DNA of 53,735 nt, taken from the IMG/VR virus record IMGVR_UViG_3300023223_000794, positions 1 to 53,735 of that record; one strand, 5' to 3'. Below, piece by piece: positions 1-10,800 of this stretch. Under the pieces are notes generated by a model. The model was not told the DNA's origin and did not search any database. It was given only the letters and a program-made list of their open reading frames with translations. This stretch comes from a virus (taxonomy: Duplodnaviria; Caudoviricetes). The first letter of the stretch is position 1; every line of letters starts with the position of its first letter. The translations under genes were made by a program, and so were the position numbers.

Positions 1-144
1 GCGTGTAACCATTGGTTTCAAGTAAAGACCTTGTTTCCTGAGGGTAAAATTCCTATCGCACAAACTCTAGACATTGGTTACGCGCACTACTTTTACCTTG
101 CTAAATACCAGGCAGAGTATTTTCGATCGATTCTTGAGTTAATC
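1..144. repeat. Direct terminal repeat, left copy (circular assembly overlap)
   Basis: Bases 1-144 (gcgtgtaacc...gagttaatc) are identical to 53592-53735, and one ORF reads through the junction. Confidence 0.97.
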
Positions 145-222
145 CAAGAGCAATTCCCTGAACGCTGGAAGTATCTTCAGTCCTTAATTCTTTTGCACGA
201 CGACATTTCAAAGAACAGCTAA
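1..222 (+). CDS. C-terminal part of the junction-spanning glycosyltransferase-like (DUF6734-like) gene that starts at 52839
   Basis: In frame with the ORF from ATG 52839; the track's 63-aa ORF 31..222 is only its tail. Confidence 0.85.
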   Translation, partial: ACNHWFQVKTLFPEGKIPIAQTLDIGYAHYFYLAKYQAEYFRSILELIQEQFPERWKYLQSLILLHDDISKNS

Positions 223-227
223 CGACT

Positions 228-1337
228 ATGGCGATTCCCTTACATATTCCTGGTATTGATTTAACGGCATTCGCGTCAGTTACTGGGGCACAAATCGCGC
301 AAGCTACGTCACACTCAAATCCTCTTGTACCATATGGGTTTGTGTTTGAGTGGGATCTCTCCGGGGGGCCACCAGTAATCTCAGGGGATTCTGCCGTCAA
401 ACTGCGTTTTATTATGATCGACATACAAGATCCTATAGCGAAGGTCTTTCGTGTTTGGAACGCTGACACATCAACTTGGGTTCCTGTTACACTTGGTGTT
501 GGTTCTGTGTCAAATGCTTCGCTGGCTGCAAGCTCTGTGAGTTTAACGAAGTTAGACGTAGCTATGGGTGGGAAGTTACAAATCTTGCGAAAAGACGCAG
601 CGGGCACTGCCTGGACTGTACAGGACTTAACACTTGATGACAATTCGCTTACGTTAGATAAGATATCTAACGCAGGTATTACTGAACCTTCGTTAAAACT
701 CCTACGATGGAATGAAGCAGGAAATGCAGTAGAGAGCGTATCGTCAGAGATATTATTTGTTGCGGGAATCGGAGATGATACCCTAGAGGCTGTAAAGTTT
801 GCGAACGGTTCTTCAAAACTTGGGTATATCTTTCGTCGAACTGCTGAAGGTTGGGATTTCGAGCAGCCTAAAAAGATTCTTGACACTCCAGATGGTTCTT
901 CGGCAAACCAGTCGGTAGTCTGGAATAACGCGGGTAGTGCCTGGGAGAATAAAGCTGGAAGTTTCCTGCACGAGCAGCATATATTTACTTCAGCTGCTCT
1001 AGACACTTTTGCAGGTACAGTGATCCAGCCAGCTGTTACACATAATATGACTATTAGTACAGATAGCGTTGACAGTATTCAGGGATTCGTAGAAAATTTA
1101 ATTACAGAGCATAACTACCTAGTAGGCGATAGAATTCCATTAACATCTGTTTACGAAACAACAACCGGTTTTCCTGCCTTTCAACCTTGGGCAAATACAA
1201 CACAGTTTGGATTAAACCAGCAAACCGCAGCTGGAGCACTTCTGCGTGCACTAGACCGAGATCTTGGAACTCCTGTTACGCTCACGCCTACTAATTGGCG
1301 TATTAAGCTTTACATTCGGCACAGAAACTTTACTTAA
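228..1337 (+). CDS. Putative tail fibre / virion structural protein
   Basis: 369 aa; repeated fibre-shaft-like motifs (SVSLTKL, SLTLDKI, LRWNEAGNA, VVWNNAGSAWE); sits just before the tail adaptor/nozzle genes. Confidence 0.55.
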   Translation: MAIPLHIPGIDLTAFASVTGAQIAQATSHSNPLVPYGFVFEWDLSGGPPVISGDSAVKLRFIMIDIQDPIAKVFRVWNADTSTWVPVTLGVGSVSNASLAASSVSLTKLDVAMGGKLQILRKDAAGTAWTVQDLTLDDNSLTLDKISNAGITEPSLKLLRWNEAGNAVESVSSEILFVAGIGDDTLEAVKFANGSSKLGYIFRRTAEGWDFEQPKKILDTPDGSSANQSVVWNNAGSAWENKAGSFLHEQHIFTSAALDTFAGTVIQPAVTHNMTISTDSVDSIQGFVENLITEHNYLVGDRIPLTSVYETTTGFPAFQPWANTTQFGLNQQTAAGALLRALDRDLGTPVTLTPTNWRIKLYIRHRNFT

Positions 1338-1344
1338 TCTTACT

Positions 1345-2328
1345 ATGGCTTTACTGCATATACTTGAACGACTTCGCGCATCTGAAGGGATTCATTTTGA
1401 TGATCCGTTCCAGAAAACGAAGGTTATTGAACTGCTGAATCGTGTTATTGAGCAGTTCTACTCTACGAGAACATTGCCCGGGTCAGAGAAAACAGTTAAG
1501 CTTGATGTAACTACCACAAACCAACTTATCACATTGCCGCACTTCATCGACGATATTCGAGGATTGAGGTTGGATGACGCGAAAAATACAGGTGAATACC
1601 GAGATGTAGAGAATCGATTTGATCGATTTAACGCTAATGCGGATGTTCTAAAGTGGGATGATGCAGGAACTTCTCCGTTATATACAGAACTTTCAGAAGA
1701 TGGACCTCTGACCTTTACTTTGAAAGCAGTACAAGTTGATTCCTTTTCAGTTGTAATCTCAGGGAAAACTACAGTTGCAGATTTTCACACTGAAGAACTT
1801 GTATTTCCTCCGAACACTGGAACGAAGACTACGTCAAGTAGCTTTATTGCAAACTTTGTACGGTCGATTGCAAAGAACTTAGTGCCAACCGGCACAGATA
1901 TTTTGATCACTGACGCTGGAGGTGCCTCTGTTGGAACTCTACACTCAGACCAAAAAAATACGAGATATAAGGTTATTCGAATTGCTGATGTTAGTTCTAA
2001 TTCCTCGCTAAGCTTTAACCATTGCATCGAAGTTTTGTACAAGGAAAGCTTTCGACCGCTTCACCAAGACATGGATGTATTTCTTGATGGCTCTTTTGAT
2101 GATCTTCTGTTCTTTAGTTTCTTAGCAGATCTTTATTCAGGGCGTGAAGAAACTTTACTTAAACAACAGGCAGCGGCTCAACAGGTTGGTAGACTTCTTC
2201 AAGGAAAGAATCGTCAAGCTTCTCAAGGTAAACTTCGCCGGTTAGACTATATAGAGTCTAACTCTCTTCGCGCGATTCGATCTTCTAGATTTTCCCGTTA
2301 TCCTTACTTACACTCCTCTATGTACTAA
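1345..2328 (+). CDS. Putative tail adaptor (tail tubular protein A-like)
   Basis: Likely start ATG 1345 (MALLHIL), just after the upstream stop; helical ends flanking a beta insert; directly precedes the nozzle-like gene. Call is mainly positional. Confidence 0.5.
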   Translation: MALLHILERLRASEGIHFDDPFQKTKVIELLNRVIEQFYSTRTLPGSEKTVKLDVTTTNQLITLPHFIDDIRGLRLDDAKNTGEYRDVENRFDRFNANADVLKWDDAGTSPLYTELSEDGPLTFTLKAVQVDSFSVVISGKTTVADFHTEELVFPPNTGTKTTSSSFIANFVRSIAKNLVPTGTDILITDAGGASVGTLHSDQKNTRYKVIRIADVSSNSSLSFNHCIEVLYKESFRPLHQDMDVFLDGSFDDLLFFSFLADLYSGREETLLKQQAAAQQVGRLLQGKNRQASQGKLRRLDYIESNSLRAIRSSRFSRYPYLHSSMY

Positions 2329-4787
2329 TGCCTACTCCTGGTACAATACATTCGTTCCACGGTGGAATGGTTCAATCAGTAGATCCTACAAAGATCGCTG
2401 ATGATCAGTATTTTTTTCTCTCGAACGGTCGTGTAAGGCAGGACAAGGTTCGTGCAATCAATCAGCCAATACTTTTCGATGGATTAGTTAGCGGAAATAA
2501 GCAAGCTGTTGTTGGTATTGGTTCACGGATTTATGCAATTGTAGCAGGTAAACTCTATACGAGAGACTATGCAGATCTATTAAACACTGACTTTTTGCAA
2601 GTTGCTGGGTTCTCCCTGGACGCTACGGTAGATAGGATTTACCATGTACTCATTCCAGCCTCGAATACAAACTATGCCCGTGTGTCAGCTGATGGACTTC
2701 CTGATGGAGTGGTTACGTTTACTGTACAAGTCCCAGGGAATTCACCGGGATTCTTATTTCAGGACGGGATTAACCAGGCGTGGTTTGTAAACATCGCAAC
2801 GAATAAAGCTTTCCAGACTAGAGGATACAATCGGTGGAATACTACAAATCGTGAGTATGTTCCAATCGGAACTTTAATGACTTACGTAAGCGGGCGGTTG
2901 TATATAGCAGCTAAGGATCAGGAGAAAACTACATTGATACTCAGATCTGTAACTGGGCGACCGTTAGATTTCATGATTCAGATTAACTCCTCAGGTAATA
3001 AGATAGATGCGCTAGAGTCAATCGGGGGCGCGGCACCTGTAGCATATCGCGTATCAGCGTCAGAACTTACAGCCTTACATCCTTTGGATTTACAAAACCA
3101 GGCGTTTCTAGCTTGTACGGCTGCTGAATCGTTCTTTGTAATTCCTGACTTTAACAATCGACTTTTTGCAGAACCCACATTTTTTGATATTCGTTTCCTT
3201 GCAGTCGGTGCTATTAACCAAGAGTCTATTACAAATTTGCTAGGGAATACAGCGCTTATTGCACAAGCAGGAGTTCGGGATTTCAACTCAGTAGCTTATT
3301 TAGAGAATGCAGGCCGAAATTCCGTGTTAAACCGTAAGGTATTTAACCTAACTGAAGGCATTACCCAAGTAAATCCAGCAGCTATTACTTTCGATGACTA
3401 TGCGCTCTTTGCTATGGATACAAGGATCGGTAAAGGAGTTTTAGTTTATGATACTCAGTTAGAGCAGTTTGTAGCTTTTGATACATTCGATGCACTTGGT
3501 GGTGTGGTACAGTTTACGCTTATTGAAGTAGCAGGTGTGCGAAGACTCTTTGTTATTACGGACGGCGATGAACTTTACGAATACTCGCCACGTCTCGGTA
3601 CGCCCGCGCTAGTTCGTTTCTATCCTCGCGATGTAACTGGAGATCATAATAAAGCGTTAACATTAGCTTCTGTTGATCTTATCTTTGACTCTACGAAAAC
3701 TGGTGGGGTTGCTGCGGCAGAATGTTATGCAGATCGAATGGTTACTGATTCCGCTGAGGGACGTTATGCGGCAACACAAATCGATGACGAAGACGTACAA
3801 CAGCTTCCTTTCACAGCAGGCGTAAACAAACCGATTATTCAAAAGTTGCATCTACGTTTTAACGAATCTCCTGCTCAGGGCTCTCGCGTTGGAGTACTTG
3901 TTGCATGGGATGGCGGTGGATCTCTCATGTCGATGACGTTAAACTTAGTACCCGGTGGCATTGTTAACCAGAATCAAGCATTTAGTGAAACTCCACCCTC
4001 TCTCCCGGCTCGTTATAAGTTTGCACTTATCGGGGATGATGGTGTAGCTAATGATGCGAAGTTTGCAATAGTAGGGGCTATTCTACGGAATAACTATTCT
4101 GCTATTCTTGGTGCCGGTGATCATAATAACTATAACGATTTTAATGCTATCACAGCTTCAGCCTGGAAACCTTCAAAAGATGTTGACCGTACGTTTTTTG
4201 CCCTTGGTAATTCTGAACTTGATGACGGAATTCCTGGGACTAGACACACGGAGCATTATAAATTCTTTTTAGGGTCTAACGGAAATCGTTACTGGAAACA
4301 ATCTTTGAATGAAAACGCTGACGTGTTCTTTGTAAACTCAGGGTTTAACTCTGCTGGAACTCTTATAGAACCCGATGGAAATACAGCAGGTTCTAAACAA
4401 GGTCTTGCAGTAAAAGCATTACTTGCAGAGTCTACCGCATGGTTTAAACTAGTTGTAATGCATCATTCACCTTATGTCTCCCAGGCTAGTATTCAGCAGA
4501 TGGTTCTGCAATGGCCTTTTGTCAGTTGGGGCGCTACGATGCTAGCCTGTGGAGACCCTAATTTCTATGAGTATTTGTTGGTAGATCGTTTGCCTGTGGT
4601 TAATTGTGGAACAGGTACAGGACGAGCGCTAGGAACTCCGGATGAGATAGTGCGTAGCGATTCAATTTTCTTGGATAGCACGCATAATGGATTCTTAGAG
4701 TTTACAGTTACTTCATTTAAGGCAACTGTACAGTTTAAAAACTCCAATGACACAGTAATTCATTCTTTCCAAGTTCGCAGAAGATGA
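2328..4787 (+). CDS. Tail nozzle/stabilisation protein (tubular B-like) fused to a C-terminal calcineurin-like metallophosphoesterase domain
   Basis: N-terminus SFHGGM..DP typical of podovirus nozzle proteins, beta-rich body; C-terminal ~260 aa with IGDDG, GDHNNY, LGNSE, EPDG, HHSPY, QWPF..WGA motifs. Confidence 0.7.
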   Translation: MPTPGTIHSFHGGMVQSVDPTKIADDQYFFLSNGRVRQDKVRAINQPILFDGLVSGNKQAVVGIGSRIYAIVAGKLYTRDYADLLNTDFLQVAGFSLDATVDRIYHVLIPASNTNYARVSADGLPDGVVTFTVQVPGNSPGFLFQDGINQAWFVNIATNKAFQTRGYNRWNTTNREYVPIGTLMTYVSGRLYIAAKDQEKTTLILRSVTGRPLDFMIQINSSGNKIDALESIGGAAPVAYRVSASELTALHPLDLQNQAFLACTAAESFFVIPDFNNRLFAEPTFFDIRFLAVGAINQESITNLLGNTALIAQAGVRDFNSVAYLENAGRNSVLNRKVFNLTEGITQVNPAAITFDDYALFAMDTRIGKGVLVYDTQLEQFVAFDTFDALGGVVQFTLIEVAGVRRLFVITDGDELYEYSPRLGTPALVRFYPRDVTGDHNKALTLASVDLIFDSTKTGGVAAAECYADRMVTDSAEGRYAATQIDDEDVQQLPFTAGVNKPIIQKLHLRFNESPAQGSRVGVLVAWDGGGSLMSMTLNLVPGGIVNQNQAFSETPPSLPARYKFALIGDDGVANDAKFAIVGAILRNNYSAILGAGDHNNYNDFNAITASAWKPSKDVDRTFFALGNSELDDGIPGTRHTEHYKFFLGSNGNRYWKQSLNENADVFFVNSGFNSAGTLIEPDGNTAGSKQGLAVKALLAESTAWFKLVVMHHSPYVSQASIQQMVLQWPFVSWGATMLACGDPNFYEYLLVDRLPVVNCGTGTGRALGTPDEIVRSDSIFLDSTHNGFLEFTVTSFKATVQFKNSNDTVIHSFQVRRR

Positions 4788-5272
4788 TAACTTTAGCAGA
4801 AAAAATGGGGCTGCCTGTAGATACTGTTTTATCTTATGCACATGGTGTTATTGCTCTACGACCAAAAGATTTTTATGAAACAGAAAACGTTACAAAAGCT
4901 GCAGAATATTTATTTGAAGCATATCAAAGAAAGAATTCTTTAGCTAGTTTATATCGTCAGTGTAAAGAAGCTTCTGATTGTGGATTACTTTTTATAGCAT
5001 TAAATAATCATAGAGATATTATAGGCGTTGGTATAGTCTTTGCTTTTTTTGAGACAAAACGATTTTATGTAGAGCATTTGGCCACATCAACTAAAATAGC
5101 AAAAATCTCTCTAATCCTTCAGTTCCGTGACATGCTTAGAAAGCACGAAATTAATATTCGCGATTGGACTTTTGGGGGAACTAAATTTCGACATAATAAC
5201 ATACCAATAGCACTTTCAAGTAAGTGTATGTATCGATGGCAAAACGCAGAGGTTAATCATGGGAAGTCCTAA
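4784..5272 (+). CDS. GNAT-like protein in the tail module
   Basis: IIGVGIVF...FYVEHLATS strand pattern; ATGA overlap with the nozzle gene, where podoviruses often carry an acetyltransferase-like gene. Confidence 0.45.
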   Translation: MITLAEKMGLPVDTVLSYAHGVIALRPKDFYETENVTKAAEYLFEAYQRKNSLASLYRQCKEASDCGLLFIALNNHRDIIGVGIVFAFFETKRFYVEHLATSTKIAKISLILQFRDMLRKHEINIRDWTFGGTKFRHNNIPIALSSKCMYRWQNAEVNHGKS

Positions 5273-6020
5273 TGTACAATCCGCAGGGGAAACTACTGCG
5301 CAGCAAATTCAAGCACTTATTGCGAATCTTCCACAGCTTCTGGAGGCTATTGCAGGGGATATCGATACGGTAGATCGTGCACAGTTGGAATCTGCAAGAG
5401 AACTTTCTCCGCAAATTTCACAGCTTGGAGGGGAGATAGCCGCACAAGAAGCACAAGCTCGTGCAGAGGCTGAACTAAATATCATATCTGGTACTGGCCG
5501 TGAATTAGTTCGCGAGGCTACAGAAACAGCAAGAATAGCTGATCCAGAGTTCTTCAAACTTCGTGAACAAATAGCAGGAACGGCAGATACATTGCTCTCT
5601 CCTGAACTTACCGGTAGTGAACTTGAAGAAGTTTCTAGATTACATAGCCAGACATTTGGCAGTAACACTGCACAAGCTCCTATTAAATCACTTCAAGCTG
5701 CAACTCAATTTGGTTCTGGGCTTCGTGAACGGTTACAATCTGCTGCAGGATTTCTTGCTGGAATCGCGCCATCATTACGTTCTGGAGCAGATACTTTTGC
5801 AATCTCCACCGGACGTAGTGTAGTTCCAAACGCCTCACTTGCAGGAGTTTCTGGCGCTCGACAGACTGGATTACAAACTTCACAGTTTGGAAGTCAACTT
5901 CTAGGTGAGGCTGGAAGTACTGCAAGGACAACAGCACAAGCTCGTGCAGCTACACCAGGCGGATTTGAAAGGTTCACTCAAATAGCTGGAGGTATTGGAA
6001 GTTTAGGTAGCGCATTTTAA
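5259..6020 (+). CDS. Putative internal virion (ejection) protein
   Basis: Ala/Gln/Gly-rich helical 253 aa with a Gly-rich hydrophobic C-terminus; position after the nozzle. Confidence 0.55.
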   Translation: MGSPNVQSAGETTAQQIQALIANLPQLLEAIAGDIDTVDRAQLESARELSPQISQLGGEIAAQEAQARAEAELNIISGTGRELVREATETARIADPEFFKLREQIAGTADTLLSPELTGSELEEVSRLHSQTFGSNTAQAPIKSLQAATQFGSGLRERLQSAAGFLAGIAPSLRSGADTFAISTGRSVVPNASLAGVSGARQTGLQTSQFGSQLLGEAGSTARTTAQARAATPGGFERFTQIAGGIGSLGSAF

Positions 6021-6033
6021 GCAAGGAAACATC

Positions 6034-7311
6034 ATGGGACTTCTAAATTTATTCCAGTTCATCGAAGATCGGGTTACTAAAGAGCCAGAGCGAAACCCTG
6101 ATTTCCTGGACTCCGAAGGTATAGTGAACCCTGGAGAACTTCCATTCCTGGGTGGTTCAAGGCGCGGGCGAGAGCTTAATCGTTCTGTGCTTCTAGATCG
6201 GGCAAAGCGTGCACCCGATCGTGCGATTTCTCGTACAGGGCAGACTGGATCTGCTAGTAATATAGCTCTTCTAAAGTTCCGCAAAGAGGATAGAGACGAT
6301 CAGAAAAAGGCACTTGCACTTGGCCGCATTTTCCTCCAACAACAAGGTGCAAATCTCACACAATTTAGTAATGATGAGATTATCGATGCGTCATTTAATC
6401 CAGCTGCCGAAGAGCTAGCGTTAAGAGGACTGTCTGCCCGTGCAGGTTCACGGGAACAGCTTGCTCTCTTAGGTCAGGACGTTGAAGGAAAAGTTGTTGC
6501 TGAGTTTAACAGCGCGTTCGGTGCAACTAAAGCAGAAATTGCAGATCAAGTTCATGCAGAAAAGATTCGTAAAGATACACAACAAGCAGCTTTACTCGCC
6601 GCCAATACAGCTGTTCAACGAAGTTTTGATGAAGCCATAAATATCGAAGGTACTCTCGACCAAGAAAAAAGACTAGCTGCGGCAGAGCTTACCGCCGTAC
6701 AAGGTACAGCATCTCGGGCATTCAATGTATTTCCAGGGACATTTAATCCTGGCGCAGGCGGTTTACTCCCAGGGCAACAAGTTCAACAGCCGGTGCAAAA
6801 TATTCGAACTGAAGAGGTCACACCTGTCACAGAAAACGTTGGCAGATTCATAGGGACAGGGATAAATCAGCAGATTCTTGAGAGTCTTAAAGCCACTCCA
6901 ACAGGAGTACGTATAGGTTCTGATAATATCGATGCAGTAATAAATGGCTTGGCAGTTGAAAGTGGTGCTATCGCAGCAAGTGCTGGACGTTTTACAGGAG
7001 AGCCAACGTTACAACCAGGCTTACAAGGTGGTGGAGTAAGGCAAGTAGTTAATTCCGCACTTCTTGCTCCAATTCCTGAGTCTGCAGTTGGCTCAACACT
7101 TGCTCCAATCCCCCAAAGTACGCCAGCGCAAGCACCACTTTCCCTTCTAGATCCTACAGCACTTCAACGTCCATTGTCAAGTCAGGCTGTAGAGAAAGAC
7201 ACAGAAGGTAATGTAGTTAAAACTCGATCATTCATCCGTACGTCGGATGCAATCTGGCTCTTTAACTCTGAGAATAGTCAGTTTGAGATCTTTAAACGTA
7301 TAAAGAATTAA
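6034..7311 (+). CDS. Putative internal virion protein
   Basis: 425 aa Ala/Gln-rich; second of three genes of increasing size, as in podovirus ejection modules. Confidence 0.5.
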   Translation: MGLLNLFQFIEDRVTKEPERNPDFLDSEGIVNPGELPFLGGSRRGRELNRSVLLDRAKRAPDRAISRTGQTGSASNIALLKFRKEDRDDQKKALALGRIFLQQQGANLTQFSNDEIIDASFNPAAEELALRGLSARAGSREQLALLGQDVEGKVVAEFNSAFGATKAEIADQVHAEKIRKDTQQAALLAANTAVQRSFDEAINIEGTLDQEKRLAAAELTAVQGTASRAFNVFPGTFNPGAGGLLPGQQVQQPVQNIRTEEVTPVTENVGRFIGTGINQQILESLKATPTGVRIGSDNIDAVINGLAVESGAIAASAGRFTGEPTLQPGLQGGGVRQVVNSALLAPIPESAVGSTLAPIPQSTPAQAPLSLLDPTALQRPLSSQAVEKDTEGNVVKTRSFIRTSDAIWLFNSENSQFEIFKRIKN

Positions 7312-7315
7312 CATT

Positions 7316-7558
7316 ATGCTAATGTCTCGTGATTATTCTAAATTTCAAAAAGCATTTGTTAAAGACAAATTGTCTGCACTAGTTTTTGATATTTTGTCGA
7401 ACAACTTTAGATGGGATGAAGATTGGCCCATAGCTTATTTTACACAAGTCTTCGTGAGGTCTCAGATAAGAGATTTACATAAATTTGCTTGGATTGATTT
7501 TGTAGATATTCACAATGAAGTTATTATACAACGAGAAAAACTTTTAAGTTTTAAATAA
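7316..7558 (+). CDS. Hypothetical protein in an AT-rich insert
   Basis: 80-aa ORF tightly packed after the preceding gene; visibly more AT-rich than its flanks. Confidence 0.55.
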   Translation: MLMSRDYSKFQKAFVKDKLSALVFDILSNNFRWDEDWPIAYFTQVFVRSQIRDLHKFAWIDFVDIHNEVIIQREKLLSFK

Positions 7559-7572
7559 CTGACCCCCTTGCT

Positions 7573-7890
7573 ATGCAAAGTAAAACTATACACGCACAAG
7601 CAGAGTTAAACCCTAGAGGTGTATTTCGATAAACAAATACATATCCTTATTGGAAACGATTTTTTAAATGCATTTGGCCGAGCACAATACCACCGTTAGG
7701 TGAACTATCAGGATGGGCTAATGATGGAATCATTGTAAAAGCTAAAGTAAATTTTTCTTTCATCGATCGAATTAGGCTTTTAACTAGTGGAAATTTAAGT
7801 ATAAAAACTGTTATAGAGTGTGCAAATATACCAGGTGCTTGCCAATCTAAAGTGTATGTACAGCCTGATCCACCTAAATTTTTAGACTAA
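7573..7890 (+). pseudogene. ORF interrupted by a single in-frame TAA at 7630-7632
   Basis: ATG 7573 to TAA 7888-7890 spans 106 codons with one internal stop at codon 20, and fills the intergenic gap. Confidence 0.55.
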
Positions 7891-7898
7891 TTCCCGTT

Positions 7899-10800
7899 AT
7901 GCCACCCCAAGCTATTACTTCTGTTGACGCTGACGAACTCATGGTTCTTCTAAATTCTGGTGACATTAAGCCTGAGCAGCTCGAAGATCCACCAGAAACT
8001 TCCACGCCGCAGAGTATTTCACCACAGGCATCGTTAGAACTCTTAGCTTCTGAGTCAGCTAGAAAAGCCTCAGACGCACGCCAAGAGCACGCGGTCATAA
8101 TGGCTCGCAATGAACAAAAAGTAAAACGTACAGCTCTCCTCCAAGAACAGAGAGAACTTACCCGTCAGCAGAATCAGGTAGATCGAGCGGAGAATGCTGG
8201 TGTTATACCTGTTACTGTTGCAGAAGGTTTTGGGAACTTCGGTGGTGCTTTGATGAAACCTCTGAAAACTGTCGCACCTCGAGTTACTCCAAATGAAGTT
8301 GCTCATGCGTTTAACATACGTACTGACTTTTCCCGTAACGTAGCTGCGCCTTTTATTAATGCCTTTTCTACGGTAGCCAACGAATCTACTTCACCTATGA
8401 TGATCGTTGGTTCTCTTGCGGGTATTGGTCCAGGTAAGGCTGCGGTAGCTGGGGTGATGAAAACAGCCGGTGCACTTACAGCACTTACAGTTCCTTCTCG
8501 CGTAAAGGAAACTGCTATTGCTGCTGGTCGTGGAGATGTTCCTCAAGCCATAGAGAATGCAGTTATTGGAGGGCTAGAAGTTGCTGGAATTGGTGCAGCT
8601 TTTAAGACTGGAAGTATCTTGAAACGCCAGGCGCGTGAAGCTTCTTCGGAAACTCCCGGCTTGTCCGTGCAAGGTAAGGAAGACTTTAAGCGAATGGAAG
8701 AAGAAGTTTTTGATGAGCTTGACACAATCCTCAAGGAAAAAGTAGATGAGAAAACCACCTTTGAAGAGATCGCTCAAATGATTGAAGTTACCATGGGTCC
8801 AGATGCAAGAGTGCATATCCCTGGGGCGTGGAATAAAATGCTTCGAGCAAAACGGCCACGCTATGATCTTGATAATACCACAGAGCTTATTGTAAATGTA
8901 GCGAAAAATGCTCCAGATGCTAGAGCAAAACAGATTGCAAAACCAACGCCTAAGTCATTCGTCGGACGAGCAAACATCGTCGAGCCTGCTGTAAATAAAA
9001 TCGCGCGCCTCGGTGCTGCCGGGAAGCATCTCGCAGTAGCCTTCATTGAACATGCACGGATGAAAGCACGACTTCGTGGTCCTCTAGAAACTAAACCTTT
9101 TTTGGTAATAAAGAAAGCTAAGCTCTCTAAGGACGAGAAAGAAACTCTAGAGTTTTTCCTCTGGGAGCAGCAGAATAAAGACCAGGGAAATCGTAGTATA
9201 CTCTGGGAAGACTTATCCGATGCCCAAAAGAACGTAGCAACTGAACTGCGGAGTTACTTTCACGGAACTCAGGCTGCACAAAACTCTCCAGAGCTTAACA
9301 TTGAAGTCGATAATCGGCGAGCGCGTTCAGATCCAAACTATTTTCCTGGGATTGTCTCACGTGAGGTTTTACTAGAGATTACTAATAGTCCTGAGGCTCC
9401 ATTTGCTCTTGCACGAAAAGAGGATTGGATTACGCATACAATGGAGCAGGCTCAGCGGCGTGTAAACGCTACGCGTGGAGCGAAAGAAAGTGTAGGTCCT
9501 GGAGTAACAGCACCGCAGCCAGGTCCTGGCACTTCTGATCCTTTACTTACACGCGAAGGTGCTACTAGTGCTTACGAAGAGTTTATTACCGGAATCTCTA
9601 AGACTACAAGGCAAATCATGGAAGAGAATCCAAACAACCCGCAAGCACAACAACAAGCTTTCGCAGCTATTCGTCAAGAACAAGGTCTAGGTATTCCCTG
9701 GAGTTGGACGGACAAAGACCTTTCTTCTGTAGTTACTCGTTATGGGCGTCGTGTTGGAAGTGATATGGCTTTTGATCTAGCCTTTCGTTCAAATCCTGTT
9801 GCGCGAACTGTCTATGGGCTACAAAAACCTGGCGCGAATAACCCAAAGAATGTGCCAGGAACAGATATCCCAATTCAAAGGTCCTTTGCGGCAAATCCTA
9901 TGGTGAATAAGCTTTACGCACAAGAAATTGCTGATCTTGATTTTGCGTCACCAGGGACAGCCGAGGCCATCGCTACCGAAGCCGGCGTACTCCTCAAATC
10001 CGGGCTACTTACTATTGCAAAGTCCGGTATCCGAGATCTTCTTTCAAATCAGGCAAACATGGCTCCGCATATTCGTATGTCAGATGTGGAGAACTTTCAT
10101 AAGGCTACGAAAAACCTTAGCTTTAATGCTGTTCGTGCGTATGAGCTTGGATTAGGTAAAGAATCTATGCTAGCGCTCACTGATCCTACGCGCGGTCTTC
10201 CAGGTATTGCGCTTCGTATGCGTCAAGCTGCTGAGTTTCAGCAGAAGTGGGCTGGTCGAACTCTTTATGAGAACGGTATTCGTACCCACACCCTTGGGAT
10301 GGCTGATCTAGTTAGTATGGACTTCCGCGCACAGATGTTCCGCGCACCCAATGGCGAGATTCGTGGTCCTAAAGAAGCTTTAAGGTTCATGGACGATTTT
10401 GGCGATACAGTTAACTGGCAACCTTACATTGGACCCGAAGCTCAGGCCATGCCACCAAGGCTCCAGGATGAAATGTCTGCTAGATTTGTAGAATCTATGC
10501 AAGGAACTTTTGATTTACGCCAGGTACCTACGGGAGTTCTGGACACACGTAGTTTCATTCGAGGATTTACTACCTTTATGAGCTATCCCATCGGTCGAGG
10601 GAACGAGTGGAATAATAAAGTTCTTGAACCATTGCTTCGTGGAAATGCTACTCCGTTCTTTAAATCCACCTTGGCTGCTCCTTTGGCGGGGGCTGCAACT
10701 CTTGCCTACAACGAGATGCTTTCAGGTCTTCGCTCCAGTGGTGCAACTTTTGAAGAGGCTATGGATCAAGATGAACTTGATGATGCGATGTTCCGACTGG

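Noticed and set aside
1-144. Terminal repeat as the biological end of the virion DNA
   Set aside because: It falls mid-gene, which fits an assembler overlap of a circular or permuted genome; the true termini cannot be determined here.
101-1006. 301-aa minus-strand ORF, and similar antisense ORFs such as 37464-38144
   Set aside because: Shadow frames opposite well-supported genes, with no recognisable motifs.
5657-5672. TGGCAGTAACACTGCA as a sigma54 promoter
   Set aside because: Spacing is right but the match is weaker (CTGC) and mid-gene; compatible with chance.
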